A stretch of DNA of 64,000 bases from Lama glama (lineage: Eukaryota). Shown in pieces: positions 1 through 11,400 of the stretch. The stretch lies in NCBI GenBank assembly GCA_028534125.1, contig CM052826.1, positions 24,428,001 to 24,492,000 of the forward strand, written 5' to 3'. The notes beneath the pieces are model-generated. The model made no database searches and was not told the DNA's origin. It was given only the letters and a program-made list of their open reading frames with translations. Every line of letters begins with the position of its first letter. Position 1 is the first letter of the stretch. A program made the position numbers and the translations under genes.

Positions 1-720
1 GAGACCCGAGGAGGGGGCGCCGAGGCCGGCGGGGCAGGCGGCAGGCCAACGGGACTGGGGGCGTTGGGGGAGCCTACCTAGGAGCGGAAGGCTCCCAGTC
101 AGGAGAGTAAGGCCGCAGAGCCCGGAAAACTGATGTGGGAACGGCAACTAGCTCAAGGTCACTCGCGGGGAGGGGGGAGTGCCGGGGGGCGGGGCGGGGG
201 CAGAGGTCCCGCCCGGGCCGTGCTGGCTGCACCGAGTCCATTCCATTACACGTCCCAAGGGGCTTCCCAGAACTAGAGACACCCTGAACTCTGCCTGCCC
301 GAAGAACCAAGAAAAGTGGGGCACCCTTAAGGGACTAGAGTGGGAACCCCACCTCCTCGGCCCGCGAGGTCCCGCCCCCCCACTCACCGGGAGCGGCCAG
401 CCCGAGGTCCCATTAGTCCAGAGTGTACCCACGTACGGGATGAATACGCGGTGGCAGAGCCGGTCTGGGGCCGAGCAGGCGGCCCCTGAGCCTTTATCCG
501 CGCCGCCTTCCCTCGGGGTGGAGTTTGGGCGGCCAGGAGGCGGGGGACCAGCCGGGCGGTGACGCAGGCCGGCCCCCGCCCCTGCCTGCTGGCCAGGGCC
601 CTAGGGCGCCGACCGTCCTGTGCCACCCGCCCCCTAAGCCTCCTCCTGGAAGCGAGGGGGAGGGGCGCTCCTTGAATGCTACCAACCGGGGTCACAGTCG
701 GCCATGCAGACGACTCAGGC
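1..720. promoter_or_regulatory. CpG/GC-rich island at window start, probably upstream of MIDN (gene itself outside window)
   Basis: High CpG density and GC boxes (GGGGCGGGG at 190-199). The MIDN link is inferred only from the conserved mammalian order SBNO2-STK11-CBARP-ATP5F1D-MIDN. Confidence 0.4.
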
Positions 721-1044
721 GCATCCGCACTCCAGCCCACTGGAAGGGGTTTCAGGGTGCACAGCTGGATTCCCTACCCTGCCCCCTTTCCTGCCGCCCC
801 AGACCAGTGCTTCCGCCTGGGGCTCCCGAGTAGGGGAGCGGGAAGGGGGGCCTGAGTCAGCGGCCACGGTCCAGGAAAACAGGCCCGAGTCACCTGCCTG
901 TAGTGGGGGTGTCCAGCCGGCTGCCGGGAGCCCGGCTTCTCGCATCCCTTAGCAGTGACCTCAGAGGGCATTTATGGAGCGATTCACCAGGGCCAGGCCT
1001 GCCCTGTGCGTCCAGTCACCACCAGCTGGGCTCTTGCGACCCCT

Positions 1045-1290
1045 GGGGGACACTGGCTTTTGTGAGCCTCAGTTTCTCCAGCATGGCAGTGGAACGAAAT
1101 GAGAATACAGCAGGTCTCACTCTGGAGCCTAGGGACATGGGGCCCTCACCTAGACCCTGTAACATTGCCATCACCCCAACAAGCAGACTCACATGCTGGT
1201 ACCCAACCCTCAGGATAGGCGTAATCACTCAACCCATTTTACAGGTGAGGAAACAGAGGCCACACAGCCAGTAACAAGCAGAAGCCTGGC
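1045..1290. mobile_element. MIR SINE fragments
   Basis: MIR core motifs gagcctcagtttctcca and cccattttacaggtgaggaaacagaggc. Confidence 0.6.
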
Positions 1291-3680
1291 AGGTCCTCAG
1301 GTGGCCTTGTGTAGGGGGCTTTCTAAAAGGATGACCCTGGATGAGGGTAGGCCTCTCTTGGTCCTCCTTCCCACTCTGTCCAGGATGGGACCCCAGGCCA
1401 CTCCTGTCCACTTATCTGGTGTCTCCCTTTATCTGACCTGACCACCTCCACCCCCACCCTCACCCTGGGTGCCCCTCCCAGGGCTGTGTTGCTTTCCAGG
1501 TCTCCATCATGCTCCCACCCAATGCTCCTGCAGTCTCTGGTCCCCCAACCTGGTCACAGGCACACCCAGACACTCCCAGCCCCACAACGTCAGGGCTGGG
1601 CCCAAGGGAGGGGCTGTTAGAACCCTTGGGAGGGGGTCATGGGGTTGAGGGGTGGACAGCAGCTGGCCAGAGGAAGATAACAGTGCTCCAAGGAAGGAAG
1701 AGCAACAATCAGCACAAAGCACTGGTGGCTGGAGTGAGTGCCCCAGAGTGCATGTGGGGCTGAGCTGGAGGGCTGCGGGCCAGGTTGGCTTGGCTTGCAA
1801 AGAGCACCCAGAGGTCGTGCAGGGAGACACGGGCTCTGAAGCCGGAGCATCTCAACGTTGGAGGGCTCAGGAGAGTGGCCAGGTGGCAGACCAGGTGGGA
1901 CCCACAGATGGGCAGGTAGTGCTGGGTGGCGGCTTTGATTCCGGGGAGTGGGTTGAAGATTTCACTGGACCTGGTTCCTCTGGGGACTAAAAAGTAGGCT
2001 GTCCTCCTGGAATGTAGCCGCTGACGGTCACACACATGGAGGAGGGCCAACCTCAGATCAGCCTGTCTCCCTGCCTTTCCCACTTAGCATCCTTGTGCCA
2101 CGGTGGCAGGTCCTAGGATGCGAGCGTACCCCCTCCTGGGAGGGACATGAACCCTTGGGCGCCACAAGGCCCAAGGCCTGCCCTCTTGGAAGGGGTCATG
2201 ACCCTCTGGTTCCTGGCCCTGTGACCTGTCCCACCCCAGGATGCAGCCCAGCCAGCACAAGCTGTTCCTGCAGCCCAGCAGGTGCAAGTGTCCCCAGGCT
2301 GGGCTCCAAGGCTGCCACATTCCCCAGGGGCCTGCGCCATGCTGGGGGGGTCCTAGCTACATCTGGTTGTGTCGCACAGCTAGGGGCTGAGGCCTCAGGG
2401 GGTGGGGGTGCTAGTGGGGTCCCTGGTGTGGGGCTGCCGGTCCGGTGGATTAGTGAAGGTCTCCTCCCACAGGCCCCCACCAACCCCCAGCCATGCCCCG
2501 GTCTTATTTATAGACTAGATAAGGAGATGGGCCAGGAACTCCACGACCTGGGCTCTAAAGCCAGGAGACGGAGAGGGGTGGGGTTGCACTTGTGACCCCC
2601 AAAGCTGTCACAGCTGTCACACCTGTCTGAGCTGGGGGTTTCTGGGATAGAGGGAGCTGGCTACTCCAGCCTCACCTGCCCAAAAAGGAACAAGACTTGG
2701 ATGGATGTCCCCCATACTGCAAGCTTGCCTAGAGCCTCCCATGTTCACATCTCCCCCATGTCAAGCCTTAGAGACAACCTGGGGACAGTCACTTCCACGG
2801 GACTGTGACACACAACCAGCCTGTCTGTGCTGATGACAAGCCCTGGAGTGGCCTCCCCATCACCTTCTGGCTGCCAGTGACACACAGGGAGGCCCAAGCT
2901 CACCCACACTCACCCTGCTGGAATCCCCTGCCAGCTCTGCTCAGCCCAGGACCAGGGAGCAGGGTGAGGAGACCCCTGCCTGCCACCCAGAGCTAGTGCC
3001 TAGGCCACCCCACCCAGGTCGGAAGAGGGAGTTACTGGTTGTAAAAGATGGGGCAGCCCTTAAGCTTCAAGGTACCGGGCTGGCCCCTGCCTGGTCACTC
3101 CACCAATCTGGGGCAGGCCCATGGGCCTGGGTGCCATGGAGGTGCCAACACCACCAGGGACTGGGCGCCCAGCCAGCTGGGGCCACCCACAGGCCAGGCA
3201 AGCACAGGGCAGTGCCTCCGTGGGAGCAGGCAGGACCCACCTCTTCCCAGCGCAGCTGGGGCAGGGCTGAGGAGCTGGCGGGGCAGACATCACAGCCCAG
3301 AACCAGAGCCCAGCAGAGCCCTGTCTGTCCAGCAGCCCGAGCCCAGTCCAGAAGCAGCGGCCACACCCCTGCCTGCTGTCCCCAGCCCTGGCTAGTGACC
3401 TTTGCCCGTCCCCACCCTCCTGGGGTGAGGGCCAGCACCCAGCCCACAACCCAGCCTGGCTTCATGAGCTCTGTCCCCCGCACCCCTCAACACTCCAGCT
3501 TACTGCAGACAGCCAGGATGTCTCAGGTCACTGCCTCCTGACCCAAGAAAGGCAATGGCTGGCATTTACTGCCCCACCTCACTCGGTAGACACAGAGAGC
3601 TGGGGCAGAGACCAGGCTGGGTCCCGAGCCTGCTGCCCCAAGCAGGACAAAGCCAGTAAACACAAGTTGGCTCCCAGATC

Positions 3681-3686
3681 TTTAAT
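3681..3686 (-). terminator. ATP5F1D: ATP5F1D distal polyadenylation signal (ATTAAA)
   Basis: tttaat on + reads ATTAAA on -, about 460 nt past the stop codon. A proximal AATAAA is at 3917-3922. Confidence 0.55.
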
Positions 3687-4144
3687 GAGGGCCTTGGGAG
3701 GGGGCAGGCTGTCTGGGAGAGAAGGCTGGGAGCAGAGCTCTCTGCAGCAGGCTCGGCAGGGGCAGGGGAGTGGTGGGCAGCACATCAGGTCCAGGGGATC
3801 TTGGGAGGTGGGACAAGAGCCCCCAGAGTGACAATACCCACCACAGACAGAGCGAGTGTCTGAACTCGCCCCGCCCCACCAAGTTGGCCAGAGTTGCTGA
3901 GGGTTTGTTCCTGAGGTTTATTTAGCAGGAGGGGACAAAGCCCTGCAGGATGCCCTGGACAGAAGCTGGCCCTATGCTGCCATCTGGCGGCTTCCCAGCA
4001 AGGACCGCTCCCCCTAGGGAAGTAGTGCTCTAGGGGCTGTCTGGCCCGCTTCACTCAGCCTCTTGCCCCCCAAGTCAGCCTGGACCACGGGAGCTGCCTC
4101 CGCTGCATGGGCCTCGGCCACAGCCAACACGGGGCAGGCCCCGC

Positions 4145-4267
4145 CTACTCCAGGGCCTTCACCAGGGCCTCGCTGGCCTCGATGCGGATCTGGATCTCGG
4201 CCCTCGTGGCCTCATCTGCCGCCCCCAACAGCTCCGACTGCGCCTTCTCCAGGTTCGCCTTGGCCGC
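4145..4267 (-). CDS. ATP5F1D: ATP synthase F1 subunit delta, coding exon 4
   Basis: Acceptor ctgcag|GCG. Encodes AAKANLEKAQSELLGAADEATRAEIQIRIEASEALVKALE then TAG. The four exons total 141+154+89+123=507 nt = 168 aa. Confidence 0.97.
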   Translation of the reverse strand, partial: AAKANLEKAQSELLGAADEATRAEIQIRIEASEALVKALE

Positions 4268-4410
4268 CTGCAGGGGGTGGGTGGCGGGTGAGGACTAAGC
4301 CTGGGCCCCAGCCCGACACTGGCCCCACATGCCAGTTCCCTCCCTGCAGCCAGGGAGTTCTCCACCAGCTCCGACCAGCTCTGTGCCTCGACATCCCCTG
4401 GGGCACTCAC

Positions 4411-4499
4411 CCCCAGGTCCAGCATGTCGAGCGTCACAGCTTCTTCAGCCAGTAACTGCACCGAGGAATCAGCATTCACTGTGACGGAACCGCTGCTCA
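4411..4499 (-). CDS. ATP5F1D: ATP synthase F1 subunit delta, coding exon 3
   Basis: Encodes (V)SSGSVTVNADSSVQLLAEEAVTLDMLDLG. AG acceptor after a poly-C tract; GTGAGT donor. Confidence 0.97.
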
Positions 4500-5036
4500 C
4501 TGCGGGGGGGGGGGAGGGGGAGTGAGAGCTCTATGTCCAGGCATGGGGGACACCGGCAGCCCCAGAGCCCCTGTTGGGTTGGGAGGGTGAGCCCACAGCC
4601 TGGCTCCAAGGTCCAAAGGCTCAAGCACACAAGTAGATAGGTGACCACCAGGTGCACCCCCTGGAGGCTGGACATGGGGACAAAGACCCCTCCCTCTGCC
4701 CACCAGCCCGTGGGCTGAACCAGGGTCAGGGGAAAAGCAGAACTGAGTTCAAGTCTCAGTTGTGGTGCTGGGAAAGAGCCACGCTGCTGGATGACTTTCT
4801 TAGAATGGAGGATCCTTCCTCCTCCAAAGGGCCCCCTCCAGGCCACATTTTCACTTCTCTTCCCAGCACCTGTCAGCATGGGTCCCCCTCCCCTGATCAG
4901 TTCTACCCCTAACCACAGCCAGTCCAAAGCTGGGAAACACTATGCCCTTTCTTACTCAGTCAACTGAAATGGGGACTTCTCTGCTGGGACCGGTGTCCTC
5001 TGCCCAGCGCTTTCCTCTGCCCTCCACTCAACTCAC

Positions 5037-5190
5037 CAAAGTATTTGGAAGTGGTACCGTCTTCAGCATGGACCACAACCAGCCCTGGCCGCAGGACCTG
5101 CAGGGTGGGCACATGGGCTGCCAGAATGCCGAAGGCTCCCGTCTGCGTGGGCACGTCCACCTGCCGGACGTTGGCACCGTTGAAGAACAC
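5037..5190 (-). CDS. ATP5F1D: ATP synthase F1 subunit delta, coding exon 2
   Basis: Encodes VFFNGANVRQVDVPTQTGAFGILAAHVPTLQVLRPGLVVVHAEDGTTSKYF, the delta/epsilon beta-sandwich. AG and GTGAGT boundaries. Confidence 0.97.
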
Positions 5191-5706
5191 CTAGAGAAAG
5201 CGTGATGAACGGGTTGCTTCAGGCCAGTACCACGGAACCAGCATTTAGTCTCCCCTGCCGTTAAACATCTACGTCAGAGCTGAAAGCTGATGAGGGACCC
5301 AGAGGCAGCTGCACTGGGACCAGTGCTTCGGTGGGGTCCTCGAGCAAGGCTGCAGTGCCTTCGTCTACAAAAGAACGAAATCAAGCCACCATTCCTTCCG
5401 TAAGAAAACGCCGTTAGGCCACAAACAGCCACTGCAGGAGGGAGCATTCAGGAGGCGCAGAACTCGGAAGGGGTACCGGGGACTCCGGTCTGAATCACGT
5501 GGCGTCAGGGCGCATGCTGGGAGCAGATCGGAATGAGGGGCTGAGGGACGGCGACCACCGGGAGTTGGGGGCTCGGATCCCGGACCAGACGGGATAGGGG
5601 CGCGGGACCGGAATGCAGGTTGCCGACCTGGGGACTGGGGGCTCGGATCCCGGACCACACGGGACAGAGGCGCGGGTGCGGGGCCCGAGCCCGCGGACGT
5701 CCGAAC

Positions 5707-5847
5707 CTGCGTGGGTGAAGCGAAGGTGAAGGACATCTGTCCCGAGCCAGCGGCGGGGGCTGGGGCGGCGGCAGCCTCGGCGTAAGCGCGGGCTTGGCGC
5801 ACGAGGCGGGCCAAGCCTGGGCGGCGGAGCAGCGCGGCAGGCAGCAT
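5707..5847 (-). CDS. ATP5F1D: ATP synthase F1 subunit delta, coding exon 1 (mitochondrial transit peptide)
   Basis: GCCGCCATG Kozak context. Encodes MLPAALLRRPGLARLVRQARAYAEAAAAPAPAAGSGQMSFTFASPTQ. Donor CAG|GTTCGG. Confidence 0.97.
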
Positions 5848-6140
5848 GGCGGCAGGCGTACCGCAGTCGGCGGACGGCGGACGGCGGACGGCGGAGTGGA
5901 GGCTAGCGGACTCCGGCTGGACGCGAACGGCCTGGAGGGCGAGGAGGACGACGCGCGAGGACTTCTGGGAGAAGAATTCAAGTAGGGCGCACGCGCGAAC
6001 TACGACTCCCGGCGGGCTGCGCGCGATGTTGATGACGACGCACCGCCAGGGCGCGCGGCATCGTGGGGGTTGTAGTTTCCTTCCGACCCGAGCTCCCAGC
6101 CCGATGGTCAGTTATACGGTACTGCATGGGGAGGACCACA
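5848..6140 (-). promoter_or_regulatory. ATP5F1D: ATP5F1D 5'UTR and CpG-island promoter with two oppositely oriented ZNF143/THAP11-type (SBS) motifs
   Basis: ACTACGACTCCCGGCGGGC at 5999-6017 (+) and ACTACAACCCCCACGATGC at 6058-6076 (-), both matching ACTACAnnTCCCAnnATGC. CpG-rich. Confidence 0.7.
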
Positions 6141-6429
6141 AGTCTGCGTGGAGAGACACTTGAGTTGAATACAAGGTTTTGGGGGCGCTCATTGGCTCTC
6201 AGGCGCTAGAGAGATACCAGGGAAATATCAAGATTCCTGATACAGCTTGGGGTGGTGGGGGCGTTTAACAGACACTCAAAATAATGAATATGTCTTATAG
6301 TATGTCAGGAAGTAACAAACACAAACAAGAAAACAGTAGGGGTTCCGGAGTGCGCCAGCTGTAGGAAGTGCAGGCGTCCCGGCAACAGCATCCCAGGCGG
6401 AGGGTCTAGCGCGGGCAAGCGTTCAGCCG

Positions 6430-6700
6430 TGTGGGAAACGCTTGGCTGCAACTCCCGTTGACGTCGACAGGGGGCGAACCAATCCCGGAGATGCTCTCCG
6501 CCCGGCCCCTCCCGACCGGCCACCGCTTCCGCGCGCTGCTGACGTAGGGGCGCTTGCGCGGGCGGCCTGGGGTTCAGCTGACGTCACCGCGGCCCGCGCA
6601 GCCTCGCTCGCGGCGCTGACGTCACCGCCCCGCCCCCGCGCTTCTGCAGGTCTGCGCCCCCGGCCGGGCCCCAGCCCCCAGCTTGGATTCTGGGACAACG
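6430..6700. promoter_or_regulatory. CRE/CCAAT/GC-box cluster between divergent ATP5F1D and CBARP
   Basis: Full CRE TGACGTCA at 6579-6586 and 6617-6624, half-CREs near 6459 and 6540, CCAAT at 6479-6483, GC boxes. Confidence 0.65.
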
Positions 6701-8229
6701 CAGAGTCCGGCTTAACCCACGTAGGGCCCACACCAGGAGGGGACTTGGCTGAGGAGCGTATGGGGAAGGGTGTCACACCTGGGCGTTTGGCTCTGCAGGT
6801 GCTGTGGCCGAAAGAGGCTCCTACAGGGGGAAGCCTCACGCCCAGACCCCCGCCCCCTCTCTGGGCCAGCGCTCAGGGGCACTCGGGGCGTCAGTCCCAG
6901 TGTCTTGGGCATCCTGGCTGTAGGCGAGTGTGTGCAGAGGAAAGCTCCTCTCACATTTGTAGGGGTGCGCCCTGTGCACGGCCACGACCTCTCACGGAGC
7001 GCCAGAGCCTATATGGAGACCTATTCCGAAAGACTCCTCAAACCGATCCACTCGGCTTATCTCTAATCTTCACTCCATGGTGGCCCAGGGGTAGGGGCGC
7101 TACCCACCTGTTTCTCAGGTCCCAAACATGGGGTTATACTGGAATTCTACAGTGGATCCATCCACAAGGCTCGTCCACCCAGTTCAGCCACTGCAGCGAG
7201 CCTTCCTGGCTTGGATGGCCCCAGGCTCCTCCCTTGATGCTTTCTCCACACACAGCGAGAGGGACCGTGTCATTCCGCTGCTGGGAACCACAAGATGGCT
7301 TCCCCATTCCCTCCAACACAGTTTCGGACCTCGGGCTTTGCACGTGCAGTTTCCACTGGCCCTCCTGAGTGTCTGTCCGTTTGACTGCCCCTTGCCCTCC
7401 TTCAGCAGGGTCATCCTTTCATCCACTGGACACGCACGATCCCTCCAGTGTGCCGGCCCTGTGCTATGACCAGGGACCGAGCTGTAAGAGAACTCCTGCC
7501 CTGTCACCATGGAGTGGGGGCAGGCGTGAGTAAGGACACAACACGGGGTCTTGGAGAAAAGCAAAGTATCACAGGGGGCTGGAGGAAGTGTGGGATGGGA
7601 GCTGCTTTGTGGGGCCAAGAGGAGATGGAGAATTTGCCACTGGGAAAGAAGTGATGGAAGCGAGGGAGGGACTCTTGTCACTGAGTGAGGAAAGCCCAGC
7701 AGGCCCAGCCCCTGCAAGTGCAAAGGCCCTGAGGTTGGACTGGGCTTTCCACTTTCACTGGAGGAAAAAGGGGTGCCATTTTGCTATGTTGAGCACAGGA
7801 CTAGACAGGCTGGGCTGGGACCCAGACAAGGCTGGTGGCAGCTTGGTGGCCTTCACATCTAGAAGGATTTGGCACGATTGTCCGGGAAGGAGCAGCTTTA
7901 GAATTGACCAGGCATGGGGTTTCTGAAGGGGTAGATCTGAGGTCACCGGGCGCTGGGCAGGCCCTGGTGGCACTGAGCATAGGTTGCGTTTCATTATCTT
8001 TGCTCATCCTAACAAGGCAGGGCTCCTGGTGATCCCTGACAGGGCCGGAGCCCCTGGGCTGTGCATCCTGCAGACTCCCAAGTTGGGGGAAGTGATGGAA
8101 GGGGAGTTTATGCACCCCAGGTTTCCGGGCTGCGGGGAGTCGTGAGCCCCAGGACCAACACCACTTTGGTTTTCTTTCCTTGGGGATCCTGGGAAGGGTC
8201 GGGGAGTCGTGAAGGGGGGACCGAGGGCG

Positions 8230-8606
8230 GACATTCAGCTGCCTCGGGAGAGGGCGGCTCCGCGTGGGGAGGGGGCGCCCGGGAGCGCAGGCTCCGCCCC
8301 CCGCCCCCGCCGGAAGGGAAGGGGAGGCGGTGGCTGGCGCGGAGCTAGGCAGACGCGGCGGCGAGCGCGGTGGGGGCGGCCGGCCGGGGACCGGGCGGCA
8401 CCGGGCGACACTGAGCGGGTCGGAGCGGGCTTGCGGCCAACGCGATCACGTGTGCGGCCCCTCCTCTGGCGCCTGCCTCCCCCGTGCGCCGCGCTCTTCA
8501 TTCATAAATTCTCCGCCTGCTCCGCGGCTACCGGGCGCCGAAGCCAGCCGGGAGCGCCGCGCAGCCGCCTGCCCGCCGCCCATGGGCCGCGCGCCCCGGC
8601 GCTGAG
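8230..8606 (+). promoter_or_regulatory. CBARP: CBARP CpG-island promoter and non-coding exon 1 (ends 8606)
   Basis: CpG island, E-box CACGTG near 8447, TATA-like CATAAAT at 8503-8509, donor GAG|GTAGGC at 8606/8607 upstream of the first coding exon. Confidence 0.65.
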
Positions 8607-10369
8607 GTAGGCGCGCGGGCCTGGGGCTGCACCGGGGCGGGCGGGGGACAGGCTGAGGACGCGCGGCCCGCCCTGGCTCGAGACCACCGGTCCCTTCCCG
8701 CGAGGCGGCGAGGCCAGAGGCAAGGAGCGGAGGAGCCGGGGCCAGCGTGGGGGGTCAGTCGACGGGGCTCTGCACCCTCCCTTCGGCAGCCCGGAGAGGG
8801 ACCCTTGCCCACGCCTTCCCCAGCCTCAGTTTCCCGCTATGAGATTTGCCGAGGGCCATGGCGTTTGCGCCTCCTGGCTTAACACGAGGTTGAGAAGTGC
8901 CTGGAGTCGGTTCCCTGCATCTTGCCGCTTGCCATCCCCGTCCCTAGGGCCGGTTGAGGGCGCGGGGGTGGGAGCGGAGGCAAGCCCGATCGGGAGCCAG
9001 GGCCCAGCGGGACTTTAGGGGCTGGACCCTCCGCCCTAGGCTGCCGTCCCCGCCTACCCCCGCTTCCCCCTCGGCCTCCTGCCGTCTTTCCTGATCTCCT
9101 GTCATCGTCCCTGTGCCTCTGCCCCCTCCCCCTCCAGCGTGAACTCATTTCCCGACCTACATATAGGTGCCCCCTCCCCCAAGGATGCAGGGGAGTCGCG
9201 GCCAGCCTCTGACCCAGAGTGCTGAGGACACCTGGCTTTCGCCGGTACCCTCCCCTCCTCTGGGCCTCAGTTTCCCCTCCGCTGTCAAGTGGGGATAAAG
9301 CCCCGAAGGGTTAGGGACGCCGGAACCTGTGTACGGGCTTTCCCTTTCCTACGGGGAAGGGCCACTCGCCGTGTCCGCTCAGGGCTGCCGGTCATCCCGG
9401 CCCCAGACTCGGTTCCCTGAGATTCCATAGTGCGGCCACCGGTCCTTCCCGCAGGAAGGAGCTGTGTGCTGGGGAGGGCGGTCAGATGCAATGTCCAGGC
9501 AGTCCCCTTCCCGAGCACGGAGACCCTCCCAGCCTCGGTGCCTCCACGCCAGGCAGACGTGGAGACTGGCCAGCTGGGGCTGGGAGGGGTGCGGCAGGGG
9601 CGCGTGGTCGGGCTGGGCACCGGCGGGCGGCGGCAGCAGCCATCTTGCCGCCCGGGGCTGGCTTCAGCCTCCCCTGCAGGAGGCCTCCCTCCCCCGCGCC
9701 CCCTCCCCTCCTCGTGCTCCCTGGCAACCCGCTCCCCTCCACCAGCTCGGCCTGCTCGCTCAGTCGCCATGGGAACCAGATTCTTGAGGGCTGGGAACAG
9801 ATGCGCCTTCTTTTGGCCTTTTCATTCCCCCCCACCACTCTGCAGAGGGGAACTTTTACCTCTGAGAGTCGTGACCTAGGAGTCCCCGTAGTCAGCTCTT
9901 CTCCCCCCTCCCCGGGGCTGGATGGCCCAAGGGATGACCCGAGTCCCCGTTATTATGCAACCAGTCCCCTAGGACCCATGCAGCCCCTCCTGCGGCCCTG
10001 ATGGGGCAGGCAGGGCCCCTGGAGCCTGGCGGGAGTGGGCTGATAGCCTCAGTTTCCCCATTCCTGGCAGAGGTGCTCCCCCTTTCCTGGGCAGGGCTCC
10101 CTGCCCAGCGCCACCTTGCCTGGCCGGCCCCACCGGCTGGGGAAGCTGTTGATATGCACACGCCTCCCCTTTTCGGAGATGGGGACAGAGAGGTCCCTGG
10201 CACTGATCTGAGCCAGGTGGGGGCTGCCTTGGGGCTCCCCCCCTCACCTCTCTGTGAGTCACTGCCCTGTGTGGACCCCTGTTCCTGCTCCCAGGGAGGT
10301 GGGAAGGGGGACCAAGGAGCTCCAGCTGAGCAGGCCCTGCCCCCCTAGGCCCCTCCTCCTAGCCTCAAA

Positions 10370-10462
10370 ATGCAGCCTACAGCCACCATGGCCACAGCCG
10401 TCACCACCCCTGCCACTGTCGCCCTAACCACAACGTGGGACAACGTCACGGGCCGCCCCACG
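10370..10462 (+). CDS. CBARP: Voltage-gated calcium channel beta subunit-associated regulatory protein (BARP), exon 2 (first coding)
   Basis: Encodes MQPTATMATAVTTPATVALTTTWDNVTGRPT, with N-glycosylation sequon NVT. Donor ACG|GTGAGT. Not in the ORF track because it is short. Confidence 0.9.
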
Positions 10463-10564
10463 GTGAGTGAGGTGGGCAGGTTGGGGAGGACTGGTGGGGC
10501 GGGGCCACCAGTCCACACCTACCGGCACTGACACAGCTCCCCCCAACTGCTGCCCCTCCTGCAG

Positions 10565-10704
10565 ACTGAGCCGGACCCCATACTGGACAACTCTGTGCTG
10601 CTGGTGGTGGTGATGGCACTTTTCGTTGGGGGCACGCTCGTGGTGCTGTCTGGCGTGCTGCTGCTCTGCAGGCGCTGCTGGGAGGTCCACCGGCGCCTCC
10701 ACAG
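10565..10704 (+). CDS. CBARP: BARP exon 3 (single transmembrane helix)
   Basis: Encodes TEPDPILDNSVLLVVVMALFVGGTLVVLSGVLLLCRRCWEVHRRLH(R). AG/GT boundaries; phases consistent. Confidence 0.93.
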
Positions 10705-10981
10705 GTGCGCAGCCCCAACCGCCCCCACCAGGGAGCAGGGACAGGTCAGCACGAGAGCCTGTCTGGGGTGCAGGTTGTGTCCACCAGCCAGAGTCCTGGG
10801 CCTGCTTTTAGTGTCGTCTCCCCAGCGTGTGCTCACACAGGGCCCATGGAACATGGCAGTCCAAAGAACCAGGCTCCTGTGAGCCTGGGACACTGCCCTT
10901 GGGCATAAGCCCTGCAGGGACCTGTGGGCAGTACTGTCTGGGCCCTCCAGCCCACTGTGCTCCCCGACTGTCCCTCCCCAG

Positions 10982-11046
10982 AGCCCCGGAAGAAGCAGAG
11001 AAGACCGCAACCACCTATCTGGACAGCGGCACACACCCAGCCCCAG
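10982..11046 (+). CDS. CBARP: BARP exon 4
   Basis: Encodes APEEAEKTATTYLDSGTHPAP. Boundaries cccag| and G|GTGAGG. Confidence 0.92.
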
Positions 11047-11400
11047 GTGAGGGGCCGGCCAGGTCCTGAGCCCCACCCATCTGCCCACCCTCCCGTCTGC
11101 CCCCCCGGCTGCCCCCCTTGGGCCGCCTGACCATCTGTGTCTGTCTGTCTCCCCCACCAGACTGGGCGCAGCTCGCTTCCGACTCATCTCTGTTTCCTTA
11201 AGCCCACGCGTAGGTGCCCGCAGGCGCATGCTGAGTGAGTGAGTGTGTGAGCGGCTGAGCGAGTGCCCGTCCACCCCCGCCCCGTCCCGGGCGGTCAGTC
11301 GGGCCCTCCGCGCTCCCTTCCAGACCTGCCCCTCCCAATGGCCCGCCTGGCACCCAGCACGGCCCGCTCGGGGCCCACCCTCTCTTGGCTCTCCTCGCAG

